A stretch of 64,000 nucleotides of DNA from an uncultured Bacteroidota bacterium. Lineage in GTDB: Bacteria > Bacteroidota > Ignavibacteria > UBA10030 > UBA6906. The translations under genes and the position numbers were made by a program. The stretch spans positions 320,001 through 384,000 of the forward strand of contig CAVOYH010000001.1 in assembly GCA_963700635.1 (NCBI GenBank). The letters run 5' to 3'. Positions 38,928 to 49,828 of the stretch are shown here, in pieces. The notes under the pieces are model-generated. The model saw nothing but the letters and a program-made list of their open reading frames with translations, did no database searches and was not told the DNA's origin. Each line of letters starts with the position of its first letter. The stretch's first letter is position 1.

Positions 38928-39919
38928 TGATCTGTTTGAGCCTGTGGTGTCAGGTATTTTTCTGCTGCCTGGAGGACGCCATCACGCAAAGTGGCGACAG
39001 CCTTTCCGCGAATGGTTGCACCTGCGGCATTTTTATGTCCGCCGCCGCCGAATTCCTTTGCAAGAAGGTTGATGGGTATTTCACCCCTTGACCGAAAGCT
39101 GATTTTTGTGCCTTCGGGGATTTCGACAAAGAGAATGCCGATGGTAACCCCGTCAATGCTCATGGGATACGTGGTAAAATTATCGGTGTCTGATTCGATT
39201 GTGTCCGTGCGCTGCAGCATTTCCCGGGTAATCGCGATGGAGGCAATCCTTCCTTCGCCGTTCAGGCGTAAGCTGCCCAGCGTTTCTCCGAGAAGGCGCA
39301 TGCGGCCGTTCGACCAGCGGTCATAGACCATGCGGTAGATCTCCACCGGATCTGCTCCGCGCTCAATCAATCTGGCAACGATCCGGTGAACATTCGCATC
39401 CACGCGGGGGTACCTGAACGATCCGGTATCGGTCATGATTGCGCAGTAGAGCGCCTGAGCCATCGGGGGAGAAAGCGTCTGATCATGTTCACAATCCAGC
39501 AGCGTGTACAGTATTTCGCCGGTTGAGGTGGCTTCGGGGTCGATATAGTAGTGTTCGGCGAAGTCCGCCGGTTCAAGGTGATGATCAACGCAGATTTTTA
39601 GTGCGGGACTGCGTCGTATGAACTGCTCCATGGAGGCGGTGCGGCCCGGACTGTTGGTGTCCACAACCGCGATGACATCGGCATTATTGATGAGGCCTGC
39701 ATCACGGCCTTCATCAAAGACGTGAATCGTGGCTTCGGGATCAAGGAACTGAAACACGAACGGGGTAGGACTGCAATTGATGATCGTCACCTCTTTGCCG
39801 CGGGCCGCAAGCCAGGCGGCGAGCGCAAGCTCGGAGCCAAGCGCGTCCCCGTCGGGATTGACGTGTGTCGTCAGAACGAAGCGCTGATGGGCCAGCAAGA
39901 AAGTGGTAAGAGGTTTCAT
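38924..39919 (-). CDS. nrnA: DHH/DHHA1 oligoribonuclease/PAP phosphatase
   Basis: THVNPDGDALGS, DHH, DTGSFRY and GGGGHKNAAGA motifs. Confidence 0.92.
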   Translation of the reverse strand: MKPLTTFLLAHQRFVLTTHVNPDGDALGSELALAAWLAARGKEVTIINCSPTPFVFQFLDPEATIHVFDEGRDAGLINNADVIAVVDTNSPGRTASMEQFIRRSPALKICVDHHLEPADFAEHYYIDPEATSTGEILYTLLDCEHDQTLSPPMAQALYCAIMTDTGSFRYPRVDANVHRIVARLIERGADPVEIYRMVYDRWSNGRMRLLGETLGSLRLNGEGRIASIAITREMLQRTDTIESDTDNFTTYPMSIDGVTIGILFVEIPEGTKISFRSRGEIPINLLAKEFGGGGHKNAAGATIRGKAVATLRDGVLQAAEKYLTPQAQTDQ

Positions 39920-39956
39920 CAGTCAGGGTTGTGCCAATATAGGGATTTTACCCGTA

Positions 39957-39984
39957 ACAGAAAAGGGAGGCAGAGCCTCCCTTT
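39957..39984 (-). terminator. Rho-independent terminator after korB
   Basis: AAAGGGAGGC-AGA-GCCTCCCTTT hairpin with a T tract on the minus strand. Confidence 0.8.
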
Positions 39985-40008
39985 CCCGGGACACCTGTGA
40001 AATGCCGG

Positions 40009-41040
40009 CTACTGAATTACCCAGGTCTCGTCGCCGTTCAAGAGTTTCTGCAAATCCTCATCCCCCCCCCGCTTGGACTTTGCTTTTGCGATCTGTTGCT
40101 GCATCATCTCTTCGTATGTCGGCCGGGTGTGTGCCAGGAACACGCCCATGGGCCGGGGGAGATCGGGATTATGGATCATATTTGAGAGGATAAACGCCAG
40201 CGTGGAATCCTGCTCGTTGTGCACCAGCAGGTCGTTTACGGAATATTTGCCCTCGCTAATGTTGACAATCTCAGGGGTAAATCCGTTCAACCGGATTCCC
40301 ATCTCTTTCGTTTTTCCGAACAGGAGCGGCTTATCATGTTCCAGATACACGACGTGGTCTTCGCGGCTGTCTTTTTCGGTGTAGAGGGCGAAGGCGCCGT
40401 CGTTGAAGACATTGCAGTTTTGATAGATTTCGATAAATGCGGAACCGTGGTGGTATTCGGCCCTGCGGACGATCTCCTGGAGATGCTTAGGATCCCGGTC
40501 CATCGCGCGCGCAACCAGTGTTGCCCCGGCCCCCAGTGCAAGGGACACCGGGATAAACGGAGGGTCAATCACTCCCATCGGAGTGGACTTGGTCACCTGC
40601 CCCATCTGGGACGTCGGAGAGTATTGCCCTTTTGTAAGGCCGTAAATCTGATTGTTGAACAGGAGCACCTTGATGTTCATATTCCGGCGGAGCATGTGGA
40701 TCATGTGATTCCCGCCGATGCTCAGCCCATCACCGTCGCCCGTAGCCACCCAGACATCAAGTTTCGGGTTGACCATCTTCACGCCGGATGCGATGGCGGG
40801 TGCGCGGCCGTGGATACCGTGGATCCCGTAAATGTCCAGGTAGTACGGGAACCGGCTTGAACATCCGATGCCGGAGACCGCGACGAAATTTTCTTTCTTA
40901 TGCGGAAATTCCGGGAATACCCGTTGCACCTGGGCAAGGATGGAGTAGTCGCCGCAACCCGGACACCAGCGAACATCCTGATCCGATTGGAAATCCTTCA
41001 CTGTAAGTTTTGCCGGTGTCGCCGCAATGGTATCAGGCAT
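40009..41040 (-). CDS. korB: 2-oxoacid:ferredoxin oxidoreductase beta subunit
   Basis: [35 protein letters not shown] (TPP) and [11 protein letters not shown] motifs. Confidence 0.95.
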   Translation of the reverse strand: MPDTIAATPAKLTVKDFQSDQDVRWCPGCGDYSILAQVQRVFPEFPHKKENFVAVSGIGCSSRFPYYLDIYGIHGIHGRAPAIASGVKMVNPKLDVWVATGDGDGLSIGGNHMIHMLRRNMNIKVLLFNNQIYGLTKGQYSPTSQMGQVTKSTPMGVIDPPFIPVSLALGAGATLVARAMDRDPKHLQEIVRRAEYHHGSAFIEIYQNCNVFNDGAFALYTEKDSREDHVVYLEHDKPLLFGKTKEMGIRLNGFTPEIVNISEGKYSVNDLLVHNEQDSTLAFILSNMIHNPDLPRPMGVFLAHTRPTYEEMMQQQIAKAKSKRGGDEDLQKLLNGDETWVIQ

Positions 41041-42877
41041 TATTTCCTCCAAGGATTTCGTCTATCCTGTTCTCGATTTCGTCTGAAAGTAAAGGCAGAC
41101 CTTTGATCACATTAAATCCGATTGCCGGAACGAGATACTTTGCCCGGATCAGTTTGATGAGCTGGCCGTTGTTGATTTCGGGGATCAGCACCTGTTTGAA
41201 CCGTTGGAGGATTTCCCCGAGGTTTTTCGGAAAGGGGCTCACATAGCGGAGGTGGGCGTGGGAAACGGAAAGACCACGTTCCCGGGCCTCTGTCACCGCG
41301 CTCTTGATTGCCCCGTACGTACTTCCCCAGCCAAGAACCAGCAGATCTCCCTTTTGATCGCCCTCGATCGTTTGTTCGGGTATGTCGTCCGCGATGCGTT
41401 CGATTTTTTCCGCACGTTTATTGATCATCAAATTATGATTGTCGGGATCGTAGGAGATGTTGCCGGTGATGTTTGCTTTTTCGAGTCCGCCTATGCGGTG
41501 TTCGAGCCCGGGTGTTCCGGGGATTGCCCACGGGCGGGCGAGGGTTTTCTCGTCGCGCATGTACGGCTGAAATGTTTTGGGGTCGGAGGCGAATGTGACC
41601 GGGATCTCGGGAAGGTCTTTCACCAGGGGGATCCTCCACGGCTCTGCACCGTTGCCAAGATAACCGTCCGTCAGGCAGATAACCGGGGTCATAAACTTTA
41701 CGGCGAGGCGGGCAGCTTCGAATGCGGTGTCAAAACAGTCGACAGGAGTGGAGGCCGCCAGGACACAGAGTGGCGCTTCGCCGTTACGTCCGACCACCGC
41801 TTGCAGAAGGTCGGCCTGTTCGGTCTTTGTGGGGAGACCGGTACTTGGTCCGCCCCGTTGAACGTTTATGATCACGAGCGGTAATTCAAGAATCACCGCG
41901 AGCCCTATCGCTTCGGTTTTTAGTGCCAGACCGGGTCCGCTTGTAGTCGTTGCTGCCAGTGCGCCGGCGTACGATGCGCCGATGGCTGAACAGATTGCAG
42001 CGATTTCATCTTCTGCCTGGAATGTCTTGACGCCGAATTCTTTGTGACGCGACAGCTCGTGCAGGATATCGCTGGCGGGTGTGATAGGATAGCTTCCGAG
42101 GAACAGTTGAAGGTTCGCCTTTTTTGCCGCCGCCACCAGGCCCAGTGCGCTGGCAACGTTCCCCATGATGTTCCGGTATGTGCCGGGGGCAAGGGCGGCG
42201 GGCTTGACATCATAACGGGTGGTAAACACTTCAGTGGTATCGCCAAAATTAAACCCCGTCTTCAGCACCCGGATGTTGGCCTCGGCCATCTCCGGATCTT
42301 TGGTTCCGAACTTCTCCTTGATAAACCGGACTGATTGGTCAATCGGCCGGTTGTACATCCAGTACATCAGCCCGAGGGCGAAGAAGTTTCTGGTCTTGTC
42401 CACCATGCGCGTCGAGATATTCATGTCCTCCAGCGCATTTGCGGTGAGCTTGCTGATGGCCACTCGATTAACCTGAAATTTGGCCAGCGTGCCATCTTCA
42501 AGAGGATTTGTAGTAAGATTGGCGAGTTTCAGGTTTTTTTCGGTAAACGCATCCTCATTGACGATGACCATGCCTCCGTCCCGGAGGAGTTTCACGTTCG
42601 TGACGAGTGCCGCGGGATTCATTGCAACCAGGACATCGCAGACGTCGCCCGGGGTGTGTATGTCGGTGCTCCCGAACTTGATCTGGAATCCGCTCACGCC
42701 ATATTTTGTACCGGCCGGGGCGCGTATTTCTGCCGGGTAATCGGGAAGAGTGCTCAAATCTGCGCCCAGCGAGGCCACGGTATTGGTAAATTGTGTGCCG
42801 GTCATTTGCATGCCGTCACCCGAATCACCGGCGAAGCGGATAGTGACTTCTTCGAGAGTCTTCAGCTGTTTTGCCAT
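41033..42877 (-). CDS. korA: 2-oxoacid:ferredoxin oxidoreductase alpha subunit (gamma-alpha fusion)
   Basis: [32 protein letters not shown] and [12 protein letters not shown] motifs. Confidence 0.95.
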   Translation of the reverse strand: MAKQLKTLEEVTIRFAGDSGDGMQMTGTQFTNTVASLGADLSTLPDYPAEIRAPAGTKYGVSGFQIKFGSTDIHTPGDVCDVLVAMNPAALVTNVKLLRDGGMVIVNEDAFTEKNLKLANLTTNPLEDGTLAKFQVNRVAISKLTANALEDMNISTRMVDKTRNFFALGLMYWMYNRPIDQSVRFIKEKFGTKDPEMAEANIRVLKTGFNFGDTTEVFTTRYDVKPAALAPGTYRNIMGNVASALGLVAAAKKANLQLFLGSYPITPASDILHELSRHKEFGVKTFQAEDEIAAICSAIGASYAGALAATTTSGPGLALKTEAIGLAVILELPLVIINVQRGGPSTGLPTKTEQADLLQAVVGRNGEAPLCVLAASTPVDCFDTAFEAARLAVKFMTPVICLTDGYLGNGAEPWRIPLVKDLPEIPVTFASDPKTFQPYMRDEKTLARPWAIPGTPGLEHRIGGLEKANITGNISYDPDNHNLMINKRAEKIERIADDIPEQTIEGDQKGDLLVLGWGSTYGAIKSAVTEARERGLSVSHAHLRYVSPFPKNLGEILQRFKQVLIPEINNGQLIKLIRAKYLVPAIGFNVIKGLPLLSDEIENRIDEILGGNNA

Positions 42878-42925
42878 AGCTTTCCCAGGTGGATGGAACT
42901 CGTGTGCAGAGCCTGATGCGGCAGC

Positions 42926-43369
42926 TTATTCGCTGACCACCCAGACTTTCACATTACCTATAACATTCTGGTGAAGCTTTACGTTCACAGTATAAATCCC
43001 GAGGGCCTTAATGGGTTCTTCCAGGTCGATGATACGCTTATCAATCGTGTACCCCTGTTCTTTCAGGGCATCGGAGATCATCTGGGAAGTGACGGAGCCA
43101 AAGAGCTTTTCGTCTTCGCCGACCTTCATTTTGATGGTCAGGGAGACCTTTTCAAGGTTTGCGGCGAGTTTCTCGGTTTCTTTCAGCTCTTTGTTTGAGC
43201 GTCGCGCCGCCTGCTTCTTTTCCTCTTCCAGCGCCCGGATACTTCCGTCGGTGGCTGGATAGGCGATGCCACGGGGGATCAGGTAATTCCGGGCGTAGCC
43301 GTTCTTCACATCGGCCACCGTCCCGATCTGGCCCAGTTTGTCGTGTTCTTTACGTAAAATGACTTTCAT
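42926..43369 (-). CDS. rplI: 50S ribosomal protein L9
   Basis: MKVILRK..KLG..VKNGYARNYLIP and KLFGSVT motifs. Confidence 0.99.
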   Translation of the reverse strand: MKVILRKEHDKLGQIGTVADVKNGYARNYLIPRGIAYPATDGSIRALEEEKKQAARRSNKELKETEKLAANLEKVSLTIKMKVGEDEKLFGSVTSQMISDALKEQGYTIDKRIIDLEEPIKALGIYTVNVKLHQNVIGNVKVWVVSE

Positions 43370-43394
43370 CGGTATGCCTCATTCAAGTACGGGA

Positions 43395-43658
43395 TCAACG
43401 GATAGCATCAGAGACGAAGGGAAGCAGTGCCAGGTGCCGCGCGCGTTTGATGGCGCTGACGAGCTGGCGTTGGTGCTTGGCGCAGGTACCGGTGATACGT
43501 TTCGGGATAATTTTCCCCTGCTCGGTAACAAACCGCTGAAGCCGCTTCTCATCTTTATAGTCGATGTACACTTCTTTTGCATCACAGAATCTGCACGTGC
43601 GCTTTTTGCGCGGTGTCTGGTTGTCCCGGTCACGCCGGGGACGACGGGGTGTAAACAC
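43395..43658 (-). CDS. rpsR: 30S ribosomal protein S18
   Basis: CRFC, IDYKD and [29 protein letters not shown] motifs. Confidence 0.98.
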   Translation of the reverse strand: MFTPRRPRRDRDNQTPRKKRTCRFCDAKEVYIDYKDEKRLQRFVTEQGKIIPKRITGTCAKHQRQLVSAIKRARHLALLPFVSDAIR

Positions 43659-43690
43659 AGTAGGATCTCCTTAAGAAGTTCGTCAATGCA

Positions 43691-44158
43691 TCAGTCTTTT
43701 TTCGGCTCTTCCGTAAAAAGCGGCTCACGGCCGGCAACGGTCGGAGTGTCGGCAACCGGTGGTGTCGCGACAGCCGGCGCAACCTCGGATGGCACTGGTG
43801 TGGCCGGTTTCTCTTCGACCGGGAGTGCTGCGAGGGCCGCCGCGCGCGCGGCGAGAGCTTTCCGGTCCAGAACGATCGTCAGATTACGCAGGACCATTTC
43901 ATCAAGCTGATACGCGCGCTCCAGATGTGCCAGCACCGTTCCCGGCGCTTCGAACTCGACGTTCACGTAATAGCCGTTGGTGCGCTTGTTGATCGCATAG
44001 GCCAGCCGTTTGCGGCCCCACTTGTTGACTGCATTGATGGTCCCCCCGTTCTTTGTAATCGTCTCCTGCACACGCACAATGACAGCTTCGACCTGTGCGT
44101 CATCGAGAGAGGCATTGACAATAAATGTCGTCTCGTACGTACGACTGATGGTGTTCAT
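43691..44158 (-). CDS. rpsF: 30S ribosomal protein S6 (with Pro/Ala-rich C-terminal tail)
   Basis: RTYETTFI and WGRKRLAYAINK..GYY motifs; AAGGAGG SD before ATG 44158. Confidence 0.96.
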   Translation of the reverse strand: MNTISRTYETTFIVNASLDDAQVEAVIVRVQETITKNGGTINAVNKWGRKRLAYAINKRTNGYYVNVEFEAPGTVLAHLERAYQLDEMVLRNLTIVLDRKALAARAAALAALPVEEKPATPVPSEVAPAVATPPVADTPTVAGREPLFTEEPKKD

Positions 44159-44248
44159 GAATGTACCTCCTTGTGGACGGATACTGAAACCCGACCCTCC
44201 GCCAGTCACCGGGTGGCGAGACAGAGAGTAAAGGGGTTCTGATGTGTG

Positions 44249-44827
44249 TTACGGCGCTTTGTTATAAAAATTCATAGTTCGATCGATACCGATCTGTGTA
44301 AACGACTCTACTGCATCTGCGGCCCGTCGGACCATCATCCCGGCTGCCTCGCGTTCACCTTCTCCGAACGGTGAGAGCACGAAGGATGCCGTCTCTTCCC
44401 CTGCGGGCATTTCCGGAACCCCTATGCCACACCGGAGACGGGGGAAGGCATCGCTGTTCAGATGATACACTATCGAGTACAACCCGTTGTGCCCGCCGTC
44501 GCTTCCACCCTTGCGCAGCCGCAGCGTCCCGAGCGGCAGTGAAAAATCATCAGCAACGACAAGGCACGATTCAAGATCCACACCGTACACGTCAAGGGCA
44601 TCTTTTACCGCGACGCCACTGTTGTTCATGTAGGTAGCGGGTGCGATGAGGATGAGCTGTTGTTCGGTACGACGGACGACAGCGTAAAAGTAGTCGCCTT
44701 TTGCCTCGCGCAGCGAGCATTTCCATCTCGCACACAGCTCGTCCAGCACGCTAAAACCGATATTGTGGCGGGTTTCCCGATATGCAGTTCCGGGATTTCC
44801 AAGCCCCACCACGAGTGTGCAATCCAC
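44249..44827 (-). CDS. pth: Peptidyl-tRNA hydrolase
   Basis: VGLGNPG..Y.ETRHNIGF, TYMNNSG, GGHNGL and RLRCGIG motifs. Confidence 0.97.
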   Translation of the reverse strand: MDCTLVVGLGNPGTAYRETRHNIGFSVLDELCARWKCSLREAKGDYFYAVVRRTEQQLILIAPATYMNNSGVAVKDALDVYGVDLESCLVVADDFSLPLGTLRLRKGGSDGGHNGLYSIVYHLNSDAFPRLRCGIGVPEMPAGEETASFVLSPFGEGEREAAGMMVRRAADAVESFTQIGIDRTMNFYNKAP

Positions 44828-44845
44828 CTGAATTCCGGACAGGGT

Positions 44846-45529
44846 TTACTTTTCGGCCTTTGCGTCGCCTTTGGCCGGGGCGGCTTCTGCTTCGCCCTCT
44901 TCTGTCTTCTTGCCCTTGCCGACGACCTCCGGCTCTGCGGCCGCAACTTCTTCGGTGACAGGAGCAACTTCTTCCTTGACCAGTGTCGGTGGCATGACGC
45001 CGACAACCGCACTGCTGGAAGTCTCAAGGATGGTGATGCCCGGTATATCAATAGAGCTCACATGAACAAAATCGTTGATGTCAAGCTCACCGACATTTAC
45101 TTCGATCTTTTCAGGGATGTCCTTCGGGAGGCAGGAGATTTTCAGCTTATGGATGAAGTGCTGTAACATGCCGCCTTCACGCACACCCTTCGGAATTCCG
45201 CCGGTCAGGACCACAGGAATTTCGATCGTCAGCTTTTCGTTCTCTTTCAACCCCTGAAGGTCGAAATGGACAGGCCGGTCCGTGATCGGGTCAAACTGCA
45301 CATCCTTCAGGATGGCCTTTCGGGCGGACCCGTCAGCCAGATGCAGGTCGATCACATGCGTCTCCGATGTGAATACCAGCGGATGCAGCGTGACTGCTGG
45401 CACCTGGATGTTGATGTTTTCTTCGCCACGGGCGTAATACACGCCGGGGACCAATCCGTTCCACCGGGTATGTTTTGCGTGCTTTTTTGTGGACTGGCGG
45501 ATTTCGGCATTTACCACGACTTCGGACAT
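44846..45529 (-). CDS. rplY: 50S ribosomal protein L25/general stress protein Ctc
   Basis: VPGVYY, KDVQFDPIT..HFDL and GVREGG motifs; acidic C-terminal tail. Confidence 0.95.
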   Translation of the reverse strand: MSEVVVNAEIRQSTKKHAKHTRWNGLVPGVYYARGEENINIQVPAVTLHPLVFTSETHVIDLHLADGSARKAILKDVQFDPITDRPVHFDLQGLKENEKLTIEIPVVLTGGIPKGVREGGMLQHFIHKLKISCLPKDIPEKIEVNVGELDINDFVHVSSIDIPGITILETSSSAVVGVMPPTLVKEEVAPVTEEVAAAEPEVVGKGKKTEEGEAEAAPAKGDAKAEK

Positions 45530-45563
45530 TGTGTGCGTCTCCTCGTTACATCATTACGCTGGA

Positions 45564-46502
45564 TTAACTCTTGTCAACATCAAAGAGGGAACTAATAGAT
45601 TCATGGTTGAACGAGCGCCGTATTGCTTCTGCAAAAATGAATGCGACAGGCTCCACATCGATTTTCGAGGACCCCTCCCGCAAGGGAAGGGTGTCCGTCA
45701 CCACGAGACGTTCCAGGCGGGACGCGCCCAGACGTTCAACCGCGGGTCCCGAAAGTACCGGATGGGTGCATGCGGCGAAGACCGATGCCGCTCCGGCGAG
45801 ATGGAGTGCCTCCACAGCATTGCAGAGAGTGCCTGCCGTGTCCACCAGATCATCAACGATCAAAATATTCTTGCCCTGCACGTCTCCGATGATGTTCATT
45901 ACTTCGGCGACGTTTTGCCGGGGCCGGCGTTTGTCGATCACGACAAGATCGGCTTCCAGCCGTTTCGCATACGCCCTCGCCATTTTCATCCCCCCGACAT
46001 CAGGCGAAGCAACAGCCAGGTTCTTGATACCTTTACGCTTGAAGTGCTTCACCAGCACGGCCGAGCTATACAAATGGTCCACGGGAATATCAAAGAAGCC
46101 CTGCACCTGGGGTGCGTGAAGATCCATCGTGATGACCCTGTCTGCACCGGCCGTGGTCAGAAGATTCGCGACCAGTTTTGCCGTGATGGAAACCCGGGGC
46201 TGATCCTTACGGTCCTGTCGGGCATAACCAAAGTAGGGAATCACCGCCGTCACCTTGCGTGCGGAAGCCCGCTTGGCTGCATCAATCATGATGAGCAGCT
46301 CCATCAGGTTTTCCGCCGGAGGGTTTGTGGACTGAACCACAAAAACCTCGCTACCCCGAATATTCTCCCCGTACTTCACCCACAGCTCGCCATCGCTGAA
46401 CGTCGTGATTTCACAGTCACCCAACGGTTTCCCGATGGTTTCTGCGATCTTCAGCGCAAGAGGGCGGTTGGAACGCCCCCCGAAAACCTTTAAACTGGAC
46501 AT
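45564..46502 (-). CDS. prs: Ribose-phosphate pyrophosphokinase
   Basis: FSDGE, PYFGYARQDRK, DLHAPQVQGFF and VDDLVDTAGT motifs; upstream TTGCAT-17-TATCTT promoter. Confidence 0.98.
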   Translation of the reverse strand: MSSLKVFGGRSNRPLALKIAETIGKPLGDCEITTFSDGELWVKYGENIRGSEVFVVQSTNPPAENLMELLIMIDAAKRASARKVTAVIPYFGYARQDRKDQPRVSITAKLVANLLTTAGADRVITMDLHAPQVQGFFDIPVDHLYSSAVLVKHFKRKGIKNLAVASPDVGGMKMARAYAKRLEADLVVIDKRRPRQNVAEVMNIIGDVQGKNILIVDDLVDTAGTLCNAVEALHLAGAASVFAACTHPVLSGPAVERLGASRLERLVVTDTLPLREGSSKIDVEPVAFIFAEAIRRSFNHESISSLFDVDKS

Positions 46503-46654
46503 GGACGAGACAGGCCACATTTGTGTTAGCTTACAAAGATAATGAAAACGAAATTCTGATGCAAGGCGTTTTTGGCTTGATTTCGGCGGAATTGACTTTC
46601 GTGAGAATTCTGGCTATCTTTTTCCCGTTCTCAAACCTTATCGCGGAGCAGTAC

Positions 46655-47227
46655 ATGAACCCGAGCACCAAGACATTACCCCGCCCCTGGAGTGTCTCCG
46701 ACCAATCATCGATCATCCAGGCTCTGTGGATTACCGGTTTTGCGCTGATTACGGCCCTGGGCGCGCGGGTCGAAATACCCTATTACCCTGTTCCCTTCAC
46801 TCTGCAAACACTCTTCGTGCTCCTGGCCGGGGCATTTCTTGGGCCGCGCAACGGTGCCCTGAGTCAGCTTTTGTATCTTGGCGCCGGGATCGCCGGACTT
46901 CCAGTGTTCGCGGGCGGGGCGATCGGCTTTGTGAGACTCCTCGGTCCGACCGGCGGTTATCTTATCGCCTTTCCCGTGGCAGCCGCTCTCGTCGGCTACC
47001 TCATCTACCGGAGGCGTTCATTACTCTGGACTGCACTCTCCATGACCGCCGGACTGCTGGTCATCTTCCTGTTCGGGACCGTTCATCTGTCCCTGTTCTA
47101 TAGTAATGACTTTTCTGCAGCAATGACCTCCGGGTTCCTGTTGTTCAGCTGGTGGGATCTGCTGAAGCTCGGAGCGGCAAGTATGATCTATCACGAAATT
47201 GCCAAAAGGTGGCCCCGGGTGGGGTAA
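46655..47227 (+). CDS. bioY: Biotin transporter BioY (solitary ECF S-component)
   Basis: PVPFTLQT, YL..G..GLPVFAGG and GPTGGYL motifs; upstream TTGACT-17-TATCTT promoter (46592-46620). Confidence 0.93.
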   Translation: MNPSTKTLPRPWSVSDQSSIIQALWITGFALITALGARVEIPYYPVPFTLQTLFVLLAGAFLGPRNGALSQLLYLGAGIAGLPVFAGGAIGFVRLLGPTGGYLIAFPVAAALVGYLIYRRRSLLWTALSMTAGLLVIFLFGTVHLSLFYSNDFSAAMTSGFLLFSWWDLLKLGAASMIYHEIAKRWPRVG

Positions 47228-47290
47228 GGCGAAACAGGCGGACAGTATCTCTTCGTCTTCAGTATGAGCCGGGTGATAAACCCGGCTCAA

Positions 47291-47968
47291 CTATTTTTCG
47301 AAGGCGAGATGATCTGTCCAGCGCTGGAAGAGTTCCGCTGTCGCTTTTACGTCACGCAGACAATACTCCGCAATTTCCCTGTAGCGCTTCTCCCCGAACA
47401 ACCGCCCCATGTCGAGTCCAGTAATTCCCTCCTCCTTCGGACTCCCGATCCCGAACGCCTTGCAGTAGAAATCCAGACTAAACCGGCGGGTTGCACCATA
47501 GAATGACAGTTGTTCGAGGAGGTCGCAATGGTCCTGCGCCGAGAAACGGTATCCCATCAGATTCTTCGTAGGTTTAACGCCGAGCAGTGCCGATCGCAGC
47601 ATGACAAACGGACAGTCGAATCCGCGCCCGTTGAACGTGATGATCTGTTTGTAATGTGATACGGACTTCCAGAAGTTCTCGAGAATTTCTTTTTCGGTAC
47701 ACGGGATGAGCATCACGAGTCCGTCGTCAACAAGGGACTGGCTCTCGTCCGCACCAAGGTAGAACACCTTTCCCTGGCGCGTGTCAGGATTAAGCATTCC
47801 GATCGCGAGAACCTGTGCCGTGAGGGGAGTAAGGCTCAGTTTCTGGATGGCTTCAGACCGCTCTTCGTCGGTCTTTGCCATTTTGGTAAGATAGAGTTGC
47901 TGTGCTTCGTCGAAGGATTCAAATGGATAGGCGAGTGTTTCGATATCAAACACGACCCGGGAGATCAT
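47291..47968 (-). CDS. Stand-alone PolB-type 3'-5' exonuclease (DEDD, RNase H-like)
   Basis: ExoI FDIET, ExoII TFNGRGFDCPF, HCDL, SLD and ExoIII YCLRDV motifs; GAGGAG SD. Confidence 0.85.
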   Translation of the reverse strand: MISRVVFDIETLAYPFESFDEAQQLYLTKMAKTDEERSEAIQKLSLTPLTAQVLAIGMLNPDTRQGKVFYLGADESQSLVDDGLVMLIPCTEKEILENFWKSVSHYKQIITFNGRGFDCPFVMLRSALLGVKPTKNLMGYRFSAQDHCDLLEQLSFYGATRRFSLDFYCKAFGIGSPKEEGITGLDMGRLFGEKRYREIAEYCLRDVKATAELFQRWTDHLAFEK

Positions 47969-48641
47969 GCGACTCCTCGTCGGTGGAGAGATTAAGTGAT
48001 TGTAAGACCTGTGTGATGACGCTCCAGGCGTATCCGCGTCGGGCGAGCATACCCGCCACAAGCTGTCGGCGCTTGCGCGGGTCCGTGTGTTTTGATCGGG
48101 TGCCGGACCTGGAAAGATAACGCTGCGCAAGAGTCCGGGCCATCTGTTCCACATCCACTCCCGGCATGATCTCCTTCAGGCTGTCGTCGATGACCGACCG
48201 TGCAACACCGAGCAGGAGGAGTTTCTGGCGCAGCTGAATCTCACCTTGCGGTCGGAGGGTAAGTGCGTTCCGGATGAACATCCGTGCAAACTCCGGGTCA
48301 TTGAGCAGGCCCCTGCCTCGTAAGTCGTCGATCACGCGGGTGATATCGTCTTCGCCGAACTCCTTCTCTCTCAGGCGGTCATGGATTTCCTTCTCCGAAC
48401 GGGGGCGGCGACCGAGCAGCCGCAGGGCCGAGGTGCGCGCCTGATGGAGTGTCTCATCTGCGGTAAGTGTAGCGATCTGACCGGCGGGGAGTTCATCACC
48501 GACGCGCAGTGCGGCGCGGAGCAGAATCTCCTTGCTCAGACCGAGCGCGAATTCGCCGTCAAGATAAATGTTGACCCGATCGCGTCTCTTCTTCTGGATT
48601 TCGATCCGTGTGATGCGCACCGGCGTGGTGTGTGCAATCAC
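47946..48641 (-). CDS. recX: Regulatory protein RecX
   Basis: [12 protein letters not shown]-domain; [23 protein letters not shown] and LARRGY motifs; directly downstream of recA. Confidence 0.93.
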   Translation of the reverse strand: MIAHTTPVRITRIEIQKKRRDRVNIYLDGEFALGLSKEILLRAALRVGDELPAGQIATLTADETLHQARTSALRLLGRRPRSEKEIHDRLREKEFGEDDITRVIDDLRGRGLLNDPEFARMFIRNALTLRPQGEIQLRQKLLLLGVARSVIDDSLKEIMPGVDVEQMARTLAQRYLSRSGTRSKHTDPRKRRQLVAGMLARRGYAWSVITQVLQSLNLSTDEESHDLPGRV

Positions 48642-49750
48642 TTCTTTTTGGGCGGTTCAGCCTTCGGGGCCTGTTTGGGCTCCGGAATTCCGTCGGGTTT
48701 GGCTCCGGCCTTTGCATCTGCTGCGGCGCCCGGTTTTGACTTGCCGTTTGGCATCGGGAGTCCCAGCTTGTCGCGCGCTTCACGCTCGATGACCAGCGTG
48801 ATCTTCTCGTTTTCCAGCAGGTATTTCTTGACGGCATCCCGCCCCTGTCCGATACGATCCTCCTTGTACGAGAACCAGGAACCGGATTTGGCGATAATAT
48901 TAAGGTCCACGGCGGTGTCCACAAGATCGCCGAGTCGTGATATACCTTCGTTGTACAGGATGTCAAATTGTGCTTCACGGAACGGCGGGGCCACCTTGTT
49001 CTTGACCACCTTGACGCGGGTTCTGTTTCCAATGATGTTCGTACCGTCCTTGATGGCCTCGATGCGGCGCACGTCCAGACGGACTGAGGCGTAAAACTTG
49101 AGAGCGTTTCCACCTGTGGTGGTCTCCGGGTTACCAAACATCACTCCGATTTTCATCCGGAGCTGGTTGGTAAAAATCACGGATGTTTTGGACCTGCTGA
49201 TGGCAGATGCGAGCTTCCGGAGAGCCTGGGACATGAGGCGTGCCTGTACGCCCATGGTGGGGTCCCCCATCTCCCCCTCGATTTCCGCCCTGGGGGTCAG
49301 CGCCGCGACGGAGTCGATGACGATGACGTCAAGCGCCCCGCTGCGGACGAGTGTCTCCACGATTTCCAGGGCCTGTTCACCAAACTCGGGTTGGGAGAGA
49401 AGGAGGTTGTTTGTATCCACACCCAGTTTCTTTGCGTACGCCATGTCGAGGGCATGCTCGGCGTCAACGAACGCGCATGTGCCTCCCGTTTTCTGTGCTT
49501 CGCCGATAATGTGAAGGCAGAGGGTCGTCTTCCCCGAAGATTCCGGGCCAAATACCTCGATGACCCGCCCGCGCGGGATCCCGCCGATACCGAGTGCGGC
49601 ATCGAGCGAGATAGCGCCGGTGGAGATTACTTCAACCTGCTGGATGGGCCCCTCGCCGAGTCTCATCACGGAGCCTTTCCCGTGTTGTTTCTCGATCTGA
49701 TCGAGTGCGATTTTTAGCGCCTGGGCTTTGGCGTCTTTGTCGTCAGCCAT
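48638..49750 (-). CDS. recA: Recombinase RecA
   Basis: [22 protein letters not shown] and [17 protein letters not shown] motifs. Confidence 0.99.
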   Translation of the reverse strand: MADDKDAKAQALKIALDQIEKQHGKGSVMRLGEGPIQQVEVISTGAISLDAALGIGGIPRGRVIEVFGPESSGKTTLCLHIIGEAQKTGGTCAFVDAEHALDMAYAKKLGVDTNNLLLSQPEFGEQALEIVETLVRSGALDVIVIDSVAALTPRAEIEGEMGDPTMGVQARLMSQALRKLASAISRSKTSVIFTNQLRMKIGVMFGNPETTTGGNALKFYASVRLDVRRIEAIKDGTNIIGNRTRVKVVKNKVAPPFREAQFDILYNEGISRLGDLVDTAVDLNIIAKSGSWFSYKEDRIGQGRDAVKKYLLENEKITLVIEREARDKLGLPMPNGKSKPGAAADAKAGAKPDGIPEPKQAPKAEPPKKK

Positions 49751-49828
49751 GGATGTCTCCGCTGTGTGCTGTTAGTTCATCTTCAGATATAGAAAACCGA
49801 GTCTTATCCACCACCCTCATCCGCCCCT

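Noticed and set aside
45489-46493. 334-aa plus-strand ORF, and similar long antisense ORFs such as 22493..23374 and 31045..31845
   Set aside because: They lie opposite well-supported genes (prs, nucleotidyltransferase, rsmB), as expected from codon bias in GC-rich DNA.
49769-49786. CTG...CAG upstream of recA as an SOS box
   Set aside because: The spacer is 12 bp rather than 10, and no GAAC-N4-GTTC is present either.
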